Below, piece after piece: positions 1 through 7,518 of a DNA stretch of 46,653 nt; the first letter of the stretch is position 1; each line of letters starts with the position of its first letter. A model generated the notes under the pieces. The model was not told the origin of the DNA. It ran no database searches and worked only from the letters and a program-made list of their open reading frames with translations. The DNA comes from an uncultured Bacteroidales bacterium. Lineage in GTDB: Bacteria; Bacteroidota; Bacteroidia; Bacteroidales; ML635J-15. The position numbers and the translations under genes were made by a program. The stretch is from positions 1 through 46,653 of the forward strand of contig CAYNKH010000002.1 of NCBI GenBank assembly GCA_964397745.1. Reading direction: 5' to 3'.

Positions 1-162
1 AAAGATAAAACACTATGCAGTAAAATCAAAAAAAATAAAATTATAAAGATTTATGCTTTTTCTTTATGTTTATAATGCCAAAACACTTATAATTTATTAG
101 TTAATCGCAAAACTATTGTTAATATTCTACATTAGATGCGTGGTAGAACTGTAAAATAAACT

Positions 163-170
163 ATATTTGT
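163..170 (+). promoter_or_regulatory. Bacteroidota-type -7 promoter box (TAnnTTTG)
   Basis: TATATTTG lies 14 nt upstream of the ATG at 184. The same TAnnTTTG motif recurs upstream of many genes in this window. Confidence 0.4.
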
Positions 171-183
171 GAGGTAATTATTA

Positions 184-1062
184 ATGATGATTGAAACACT
201 CCTAAAAATAAGAAATTGGCAGAATCTGCTGGGGAAAAGCATTTCGAGTATATTTAGAATCGCTTTGATGTCAAAACCAGTAAAGACATTCAAAAACACC
301 GAACCTGTAAGTAAAGATTTGATTATTTTGGGGAATGGACCAGGACTCAAACCATTTATTGAAGAGAATAGAGATAATTTATCAAAATATGAGTTGCTTT
401 GCGTTAATCACTTTAGTATTACCGATTATTACACTGAATTAAAGCCAAAGTATTATGTTGCAATAGCATTTGATCTTTTTCTGGATGATATTATGCCTCA
501 TTTTGTAGAAGCTTCAAATAAATTATTTAATGCAATAGCCGATAAAACTGATTGGCCGCTTAAGTTTTTTATTACAGTTGAAGCCAAAAAACATCAGAGA
601 TGGCAGAAAATTTTGAGCCGAAATAAGAATGTTGAAATTATTTATATAAATCTAACTCCAATTGAGGGTTTTCAGAAATTTATGTATCGCAATTTTGATA
701 AGGCTAAAGGAATGCCCAGACCACACAATGTTATGGTACCAGCAATTTATACAGCCATTTATTTGAAAGCAAAAAAAGTGTTCCTTGCAGGTGCAGACCA
801 CTCATGGTTAAAAGAACTATATGTTGATGAAAACAATCAGACATTATTTTTCGACAAACATTTCTACGATAATGAAAAACAATTAAAACGATTTAATTAT
901 GACACTGAAAACTACCTAAAACTTCATGAAATTATAAATTCTATTAGTTGTGCATTTGCTAGTTACCACATTTTGAGAGGATATGCAGAATACAGAAATA
1001 CAGAAGTTTTAAATGCAACTCCAAAATCTTTTATAGATGCGTTTAAGCGTTCTAAAATTTAG
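184..1062 (+). CDS. putative sialyltransferase-like glycosyltransferase (GT42 / DUF115-like Rossmann transferase)
   Basis: 292-aa ORF. LIILGNGPGLK...ELLCVNHF near the N-terminus and KVFLAGADHSW later mirror the GNGPSL / xCxNxF / GxD...H layout of Cst-II-type sialyltransferases and DUF115/Maf transferases. It sits directly upstream of nanE-neuB-neuA. The function is inferred from motifs and context only. Confidence 0.5.
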   Translation: MMIETLLKIRNWQNLLGKSISSIFRIALMSKPVKTFKNTEPVSKDLIILGNGPGLKPFIEENRDNLSKYELLCVNHFSITDYYTELKPKYYVAIAFDLFLDDIMPHFVEASNKLFNAIADKTDWPLKFFITVEAKKHQRWQKILSRNKNVEIIYINLTPIEGFQKFMYRNFDKAKGMPRPHNVMVPAIYTAIYLKAKKVFLAGADHSWLKELYVDENNQTLFFDKHFYDNEKQLKRFNYDTENYLKLHEIINSISCAFASYHILRGYAEYRNTEVLNATPKSFIDAFKRSKI

Positions 1063-1286
1063 CGATATTCTTATCCAGTTTATTTTATGTTAAGAGATAT
1101 AATTATGTTTTTTAGTATCTACCACCAATGACGACTTCGAAATAATCAGCAAACTATCTCCTTGTTTCAATAATTTATATGAGGTGTTTTGTGATTACCT
1201 TGGTTTTATTCTATGCATTACAATAAGTTTTTACCAAAACATCTCTACTTTATTGTTACCAACAACATGTTTGTTATTAAAAAAAC

Positions 1287-1294
1287 TATCTTTG
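1287..1294 (+). promoter_or_regulatory. Bacteroidota-type -7 promoter box (TAnnTTTG)
   Basis: TATCTTTG lies 37 nt upstream of the nanE ATG (1331), at the end of a 268-nt non-coding gap. Confidence 0.45.
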
Positions 1295-1330
1295 CATAAG
1301 ACTAAAGTATAAGATTATTCAAGAATTAAA

Positions 1331-2014
1331 ATGAACTTAAAACTTACAAATACTTTAAAAAACGGACTTATAGTTTCGTGTCAAGCTGATAAGGGAGATA
1401 CTTTCGATGATGTTGAATCAATGGTAAAGTTTGCAAAAGCAGCTTATATGGGAGGTGCTGTTGGTATCAGGTCTGAGGGGATAATAAAAACAAAAGCCAT
1501 TATTAAAAATGTAAGTTTGCCAGTCATCGGTCTTGTAAAGTCCTTATTTGAGGATGGTTCTGTTAGAATTACAGGAACAGAGGAGCAAGTCGTCAACTTG
1601 ATTAAGATTGGTGTTGATATTATTGCGATTGACGGCACTTTTAGAGAACGAGAAGGACTAACAGGTCCAGAATTTATCAAAAACATAAAGACAAAATATA
1701 ATTGTATAGTTTTAGCTGATATTGCAAGTTTAAAAGAAGGTGTTGCTTGTGCTTTGGCTGGAGCAGATTTTATTTCTTCAACATTAAACGGATATACTCC
1801 TGAAACATTTAACGATAATAATGGAGTCCCCAATTTTGAACTGGTAAAAGATCTATTTAACAATGTTGATGTTCCAGTTTTTGCCGAAGGTCGGATTTGG
1901 AATCCTCAGCAAGCAGCAAAAATGATGAGTGTTGGTGCACATACAGTGATTGTTGGCACTGCAATTACACGACCACAAAACATTACAGAAAATTTTATAA
2001 AAGTATTAAAATAA
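1331..2014 (+). CDS. nanE: N-acylglucosamine-6-phosphate 2-epimerase (NanE family)
   Basis: 227 aa. GLIVSCQA, PVIGLVK...VRIT, DIIAIDGT, TLNGYT, AEGR and VIVGTAITRP are colinear with E. coli NanE motifs along the whole length. Confidence 0.9.
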   Translation: MNLKLTNTLKNGLIVSCQADKGDTFDDVESMVKFAKAAYMGGAVGIRSEGIIKTKAIIKNVSLPVIGLVKSLFEDGSVRITGTEEQVVNLIKIGVDIIAIDGTFREREGLTGPEFIKNIKTKYNCIVLADIASLKEGVACALAGADFISSTLNGYTPETFNDNNGVPNFELVKDLFNNVDVPVFAEGRIWNPQQAAKMMSVGAHTVIVGTAITRPQNITENFIKVLK

Positions 2015-2018
2015 GATT

Positions 2019-3068
2019 ATGAATATTCAACTTACAAATAAAAGAATTGTTGGCAGTGGTTATCCTGCTTATATAATGGGAGAAATCGGAATAAATCACA
2101 ATGGAGACATTAATATTGCTAAGAAATTGATTGATAGAGCCGCAATTATTGGTATTGACGGTGTAAAATTCCAAAAACGAACTATTTATAAAATGTATCG
2201 TAGTTCATTTTTAGAAGCTCCCTACATGAAAGACAATTCTTTCGGGAAAACCTATGGGGAACATAAAAGCTATTTAGAGTTTTCTAATGAGCAATTGTTT
2301 GAACTTAAAATATATGCCGAAAATAAAGGATTGGATTTTATTGTTAGTGGTTTTGATTTTCCAGGTTTTGATTTTATTAATTACGAGCTAAACACATATT
2401 TTCATAAACTGGCAAGCCCTTTGGTAACTCATCTTCCTTTGCTTGAGCATGTTGCAAAATACAATAAGCCAATGGTACTCTCAACTGGAATGCATACTTT
2501 TGAAGAAGTAGAGAGGGCTGTAAAAACAATTTTACCTTTAAATAATAAATTAATTTTATTGCAGTGTACAACTTCATATCCAACTAATAACGAAGACGTT
2601 AATCTTTCAGTAATAAAGAGGTATATTAAAGAATTTAATGTTCTGGCTGGATACTCTTCGCATGACAAAGGGGTTGTTATTCCTGCTGCATCTGTTTTGT
2701 TCGGAAGTTGTTTTATTGAGAAACACTTTACTTTGGATAGAACAATGAAAGGACCAGATCATGTATGCTCTGTAGAACCGCGTGGAATGGAAATGATTAA
2801 ATCATATACCAGAGCTTTGGAAGCATCAATTGGAACAGATGTAAAGAATATTTCAGATTCGGAGATTTCTGCAAGAGATAAATATGGATATAGTTGTGTT
2901 TTAAATAAAGACTTGAAAAAAGGAGATAGAATAACAAAAGAAGATATCGGCTATAAAGTCCCGAGTATTGGGCTAAGACCAGATCAAATTAATTTAATAT
3001 TGAATAAAGTTCTTGTTAGAAATATTAAAGCTGATACTCAAATTAATCAGGATGATGTATTACCCTAA
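2019..3068 (+). CDS. neuB: N-acetylneuraminate (or nonulosonate-9-phosphate) synthase, NeuB family with C-terminal SAF domain
   Basis: 349 aa. Contains the IMGEIGINHNGDINIAKKLID NeuB signature, KFQKR and CTTSYP. The C-terminal SAF/antifreeze-like segment reads SCVLNKDLKKGDRITKEDIGYKVP. Confidence 0.9.
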   Translation: MNIQLTNKRIVGSGYPAYIMGEIGINHNGDINIAKKLIDRAAIIGIDGVKFQKRTIYKMYRSSFLEAPYMKDNSFGKTYGEHKSYLEFSNEQLFELKIYAENKGLDFIVSGFDFPGFDFINYELNTYFHKLASPLVTHLPLLEHVAKYNKPMVLSTGMHTFEEVERAVKTILPLNNKLILLQCTTSYPTNNEDVNLSVIKRYIKEFNVLAGYSSHDKGVVIPAASVLFGSCFIEKHFTLDRTMKGPDHVCSVEPRGMEMIKSYTRALEASIGTDVKNISDSEISARDKYGYSCVLNKDLKKGDRITKEDIGYKVPSIGLRPDQINLILNKVLVRNIKADTQINQDDVLP

Positions 3069-3115
3069 GCTTGAGCAACGCTGGAATATGATTATGTTGA
3101 CCATAAAAAAACACG

Positions 3116-3140
3116 AAGAATCAAGCGATTCTTATTTATT
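3116..3140 (+). terminator. weak hairpin plus T-rich tail between neuB and neuA
   Basis: AAGAATC-AAGC-GATTCTT (7-bp stem) is followed by ATTTATT. The stem is AT-rich and weak, so it may only be an attenuating structure. Confidence 0.25.
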
Positions 3141-3211
3141 GAGTTTATGAGGTTAGTTAAAAAAATATAAAATTTTAGAGTAAGAATTTTGACATATAAT
3201 TAGTATTTATT

Positions 3212-4378
3212 ATGAGTGTTATTTCATTTGTACCTATTCGGAGCGGTAGTAAATCAATTAAAGATAAAAACATAAAACCATTCTATGGCAAGCCTTTGAT
3301 TTATTGGGTCTTATCTTCGTTGCAAAATGCTTCTCAAGTAGATAAAATTGTTGTTGCCTTGGACTCTGAAAAATATGAAAGTATTGTAAATGATTTTGGT
3401 TTTTCGAAAGTTGAAATATACCATCGAGACACTGCTAATTCTACTGATACATCATTAACTATTTCTGTTGTCCTTGAATACCTATCGAATGCAGGATTAA
3501 AAGATGATGATATATTTATGATTGCACAATCCACATCACCTTTTACATCTACTGTCGATTTTGACTCTGCTATCAAGCAGTTTGTGCATTCAGAGAAGGA
3601 CTCCATGCTATCTTGCGTGAAAACAAAGAGGTTTTTCTGGAATAATGACGGAACTCCACTAAATTACGATTATAAAAACAGACCACGCCGTCAAGATTTT
3701 GATGGTGGCATATATATGGAAAATGGGGCATTTTATATTAGTAGAGTTTCGAGGCTTATTGTTGAAAAAAACTTTATTTCAGGATTAATAGATATTTATG
3801 AAATGTCCGAACAAAACGCTTTGGAACTTGACGAACCGTCTGACTGGAAAATTGGAGAATATTTGATGGCTAAACGCGAAAATAGTACGAAGCAAAAACC
3901 AGTAAAAATAAAACTCTTTTTGTCGGATGTGGATGGTGTTTTAACAGATGCTGGAATGTATTATTCTGAAAAAGGTGATGAGCTTAAAAAGTTTAGTACT
4001 TATGATGGAATGGGTTTTAAAATATTGCAAGGAAAAGGAATAAAAGTTGGTATTATTACAGGTGAAGATCGTGAATTAAATAGAGCTCGTGCCAATAAAC
4101 TTCAGTTAGATTTTGACTTTCATGGAGAAACAAATAAATTAGAAACAGTTTCTAAAATTTGTGCGAAAGCTAAAATTACTCTATCCGAAGTAGCATATAT
4201 AGGTGATGATATTAACGATTTTGAGCTTTTATCAAATGTTGGATTAGCTGCCTGCCCAGCAAATGCAATGCAAAAAATAAAAGACATTCCTGGTATTATC
4301 CAGCTTGCAAAAAAAGGGGGCGAAGGTGCAGTAAGAGAATTTGCCGAAATGATAATGAACGATTTTTATTTAGAGTAA
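3212..4378 (+). CDS. neuA: bifunctional CMP-N-acylneuraminate synthetase (N-terminal) / KdsC-type HAD phosphatase (C-terminal) fusion
   Basis: 388 aa. The N-terminus (FVPIRSGSKSIKDKNIKPFYGKPLIYW) is a CMP-NeuAc/KDO cytidylyltransferase signature. The C-terminal ~155 aa (from about nt 3905) carry HAD C0/KdsC motifs: FLSDVDGVLTD, ITGE and YIGDDINDFELL. Confidence 0.85.
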   Translation: MSVISFVPIRSGSKSIKDKNIKPFYGKPLIYWVLSSLQNASQVDKIVVALDSEKYESIVNDFGFSKVEIYHRDTANSTDTSLTISVVLEYLSNAGLKDDDIFMIAQSTSPFTSTVDFDSAIKQFVHSEKDSMLSCVKTKRFFWNNDGTPLNYDYKNRPRRQDFDGGIYMENGAFYISRVSRLIVEKNFISGLIDIYEMSEQNALELDEPSDWKIGEYLMAKRENSTKQKPVKIKLFLSDVDGVLTDAGMYYSEKGDELKKFSTYDGMGFKILQGKGIKVGIITGEDRELNRARANKLQLDFDFHGETNKLETVSKICAKAKITLSEVAYIGDDINDFELLSNVGLAACPANAMQKIKDIPGIIQLAKKGGEGAVREFAEMIMNDFYLE

Positions 4379-4416
4379 AATGAGTTCGTATTCCTTTGAT
4401 TTATCAAAAAAACAAA

Positions 4417-4424
4417 TACTTTTG
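4417..4424 (+). promoter_or_regulatory. Bacteroidota-type -7 promoter box (TAnnTTTG)
   Basis: TACTTTTG lies 33 nt upstream of the ATG at 4457. Confidence 0.45.
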
Positions 4425-4456
4425 CATAAACAGATTTTTAATAGAGTACGTTTGTT

Positions 4457-5572
4457 ATGACTTCATTATTAAAACAAATATTTTTAAGCATAATCTTTTT
4501 AATACCTGTCTCGGTTTCTGCTCAAACTTTTCATGAATTTTTTTCAGATTTCTCGAAAACACAAGACTCATCAAAACTATATGTTGAAATTGATAACGCT
4601 AATTTTTTAAAGAATAATGAATATTTTAATCCTTTTGTCGAAGGATACACTCTTATCGGATATTGGCTAAAACCACAAATAAAATATAATGCAACAACAA
4701 GGCTGAGTATCTCTGCTGGGTTTCATGCTCAAAAGTACTCGGGGGTAAAAGGTTTTAGTGAGTTTATGCCATTATTTAGCCTTGAGTTTAAAACTGGAGA
4801 ACGTAGCAAACTAATTTTTGGCAATCTTACAAATACTATAAACCACAATTTATCAGACTATATTTTAGCTGATGAAAATTATCTTACCAATAATGTCGAA
4901 AGCGGCTTACAGTTTATGCATAAAAGTAAAAGATTCTTTTCAGATTCATGGATAGATTGGAAGCAATTTATTTTTAAAGGCTCACCGTTTCCAGAAGTAC
5001 TATTGTTTGGCACATCTAACAAAATAAGCTTAATCTACAAAAACAACAATTCGATATTAGATTTAAATCTTAGCGGAGTAGCAAGCCATGTTGGAGGGCA
5101 AATAAACTCAAGTAATGATTATGTGCAAACAATTATGAACTCTGCCACCGGATTAAATTATAATATATATCCAGAGGTGTTTTTTACGAAAATTAGTCTA
5201 TTTTCGCATTATTACACCTCATTAGACCAAAGTCCTACAAAAAGATTAAAGTATATTTACGGTTACGGCGTATTGTCGGGTGTCGAAGTCGCAAACGAAT
5301 ATGTTGATCTTAGAATGACACATTGGTATGGAGATTATTATTTTACAAAATTTGGAAATCAGATGTTTTCATCACTTAATATTGAAAAACCAAATTATAC
5401 CGAAGACCAGCGAGCGTTTGTAAATGCACATTTAATGGCGAAATATGAGAAAATTAAAAACCTTAAAATAGGATTAGGCGTAAATCTATATTATGATCTT
5501 TATAATCTAAGAATGGATTATTCTATGGGATTTTATATTAAATCGAATTTTAGATTTAAATTAATTGATTAA
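4457..5572 (+). CDS. hypothetical outer-membrane beta-barrel-like protein with signal peptide
   Basis: 371 aa. Signal peptide ends ...IPVSVSAQ. Sequence is rich in alternating aromatic/Gly/Asn beta-strand-like segments. No family recognised. Confidence 0.5.
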   Translation: MTSLLKQIFLSIIFLIPVSVSAQTFHEFFSDFSKTQDSSKLYVEIDNANFLKNNEYFNPFVEGYTLIGYWLKPQIKYNATTRLSISAGFHAQKYSGVKGFSEFMPLFSLEFKTGERSKLIFGNLTNTINHNLSDYILADENYLTNNVESGLQFMHKSKRFFSDSWIDWKQFIFKGSPFPEVLLFGTSNKISLIYKNNNSILDLNLSGVASHVGGQINSSNDYVQTIMNSATGLNYNIYPEVFFTKISLFSHYYTSLDQSPTKRLKYIYGYGVLSGVEVANEYVDLRMTHWYGDYYFTKFGNQMFSSLNIEKPNYTEDQRAFVNAHLMAKYEKIKNLKIGLGVNLYYDLYNLRMDYSMGFYIKSNFRFKLID

Positions 5573-5583
5573 ATAACAAAACT

Positions 5584-6390
5584 ATGAATATGAAAAATAC
5601 ATTCTTCACTTTACTACTACTTATTGTTGTTTTATCAGGGTGTAAAAAAGCAAATATATCAGATGATCCATATATAGATAGTATTGGCGGAGTAAAAATA
5701 AGATATATTGTAAGTGTTGTTGATGGTTCGTCAACAATTGGCAAGTCTGACTTAACAATCGAAAATGCTACAGTTTGTGTGGTAGTTAATGATAGTGTTT
5801 ACGAAACTCCAGTTGATAAAAACGGGCTAGCTGTGTTTAGTAATTTATTTGCCGGTAACACAATTGTTCAAATTAAATGCGAGGGATATACAACTGCCAA
5901 TTTAATTGTTGATTTACGAGCTATGCCTGACACAAGCCACGTTTATGATGCTACGAATTATAGAGTTGTTTCAAGTATTGTCTCTCTCTTTCCGACAAGT
6001 GGCGACAATCTTGCAAGTATCTCAGGCAAAATACGAGCCGAGTTAGATTTAACAAATACTGAGTTAGAAACTGTAACCACGGATCTTGAAGTAAGAGCCA
6101 ATGTTATTGCTGCAGATCTATATAATTATGTTGATCATAATTGCTCGGGTGGTGTAATTAATCTTAATTATACTGATTTTATAATTACGAGTAGTAACTC
6201 ATCTGGTAATTATTCTATGAAAGTGCCAGCATCTACAAAAGGTTTAAGATATATTATTAATGCTGATGATTTTGAGCATTTTCAACAAATTAGTGTAAGT
6301 GATACGAAAAGAAAAGTTTACAATTTAGAGGCCGATACTATTAGTGTTCAGACTGGTGGGACTTATATAAAAGATTTAATATATCAATAA
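5584..6390 (+). CDS. hypothetical lipoprotein with carboxypeptidase-regulatory-like (Ig-like) segment
   Basis: 268 aa. Lipobox is LLIVVLSGC. The segment NATVCVVVNDSVYETPVDKNGLAVFSNLFAGNTIVQIKCEGYTT resembles CarboxypepD_reg folds. It lies 11 nt downstream of the preceding ORF. Confidence 0.5.
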   Translation: MNMKNTFFTLLLLIVVLSGCKKANISDDPYIDSIGGVKIRYIVSVVDGSSTIGKSDLTIENATVCVVVNDSVYETPVDKNGLAVFSNLFAGNTIVQIKCEGYTTANLIVDLRAMPDTSHVYDATNYRVVSSIVSLFPTSGDNLASISGKIRAELDLTNTELETVTTDLEVRANVIAADLYNYVDHNCSGGVINLNYTDFIITSSNSSGNYSMKVPASTKGLRYIINADDFEHFQQISVSDTKRKVYNLEADTISVQTGGTYIKDLIYQ

Positions 6391-6444
6391 AAAACATTCG
6401 AATCGCAGCAAAGCAAACAGTAGTTTTCAATTGATTTTACGAAA

Positions 6445-6487
6445 TTACTTTTGTTCGAGTCTTAACACTAAAAGTAACTCTTTTTTT
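6445..6487. terminator. hairpin with T-run between convergent genes (lipoprotein gene and trpS)
   Basis: TTACTTTT (6445-6452) pairs with AAAAGTAA (6470-6477). It is followed by CTC and T7 (6481-6487). It lies between the two convergent stop codons. Confidence 0.4.
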
Positions 6488-6515
6488 GTATTTAGTTAAA
6501 TGATTGTATAATGTT

Positions 6516-7511
6516 TTAATAAAACTTCCTAACACCTATTATCTCTCTCACTTCTTTTAAGGTTTGTGCAGCACTTGTGCGGGCTTTTTCAGCGCCCATT
6601 CGTGCAACTTTGCTCAAATACTCGTCATTGGAATAAATGTCCTTAATCTTACTGTTAATAGGTGCGATGATTTTTATAACATCTTCGGCAAGTTGTTTTT
6701 TAAGATCACCGTATCTTATTTCGCAGGTTTTATATTTTTCGGTAAAATATTCAACAGTATCAGCACTTGACACAATCTTTAATATTGTAAAAAGATTATT
6801 AACCGATTCTGACATTTCGGAATTTTGAATTGTTGGTCCGCTATCTGTAACTGCACGCATAATTTTTTTGCGAATAGTTTTTTCATCGTCAGCAAGAAAG
6901 ATTCCGTTTCCTTCCGATTTTCCCATTTTACCTGTTCCGTCAAGTCCAGGTATTTTAATAAGTTCTTTATCAAAATTATATGCAACAGGTTCTTTAAAAT
7001 AATCGACACCATACATATTATTAAATCTACGGGCAAACTTACGAGCCATTTCAAGATTTTGCTCTTGATCTTTTCCTACAGGGACTTTATCAGCATGGTG
7101 AATTAAAATATCTGCCGCCATTAAAACAGGATATGTTAAAAGACCAGCGTTTACGTTTTCGGGTTGTTTTCGAGCTTTATCTTTAAATGATGTTGTGCGT
7201 TCCAACTCACCTAGATATGCATTCATATTTAAGAGCAAGAATAATTCTGCAATTTCTGGCACATCGCTCTGAATATACAAAGTTGATATTTCAGGGTCAA
7301 TGCCTGCTGCAAGATACTCAACTAAAACTTGTTTAACGCTTTTATGATGGTTTTCAGGAGTAGGGTGAGTGGTTAAAGAATGATAATCTGCAATAAAAAA
7401 ATAGCAATTGCCTGCATGTTGCATTTTAACAAAGTTTTGCACTGCTCCAAGATAATTTCCTAAATGTAAATTCCCTGTTGATCTTATTCCGCTTAATACA
7501 ATTTCGCTCAT
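6516..7511 (-). CDS. trpS: tryptophan--tRNA ligase
   Basis: 331 aa. Class I signatures are present: GNLHLGNYLG (HIGH-type) and KMGKSEGN (KMSKS-type). Length and layout are typical of TrpRS. Confidence 0.93.
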   Translation of the reverse strand: MSEIVLSGIRSTGNLHLGNYLGAVQNFVKMQHAGNCYFFIADYHSLTTHPTPENHHKSVKQVLVEYLAAGIDPEISTLYIQSDVPEIAELFLLLNMNAYLGELERTTSFKDKARKQPENVNAGLLTYPVLMAADILIHHADKVPVGKDQEQNLEMARKFARRFNNMYGVDYFKEPVAYNFDKELIKIPGLDGTGKMGKSEGNGIFLADDEKTIRKKIMRAVTDSGPTIQNSEMSESVNNLFTILKIVSSADTVEYFTEKYKTCEIRYGDLKKQLAEDVIKIIAPINSKIKDIYSNDEYLSKVARMGAEKARTSAAQTLKEVREIIGVRKFY

Positions 7512-7518
7512 ACTAAAT

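Noticed and set aside
132-350. 72-aa minus-strand ORF at the window start
   Set aside because: It overlaps the 5' end and promoter box of the plus-strand transferase gene. No motif or start context supports it.
1444-1863. Long antisense ORFs inside well-supported genes (1444-1863, 2377-2668, 3334-3606, 6564-7106, 11141-11585, 36504-37607, 39534-39953, 42456-42647, 44850-45098 and others)
   Set aside because: Each lies opposite a gene with strong family motifs. The sequences are low-complexity or hydrophobic mirror products without domains. These are typical shadow ORFs in AT-rich DNA.
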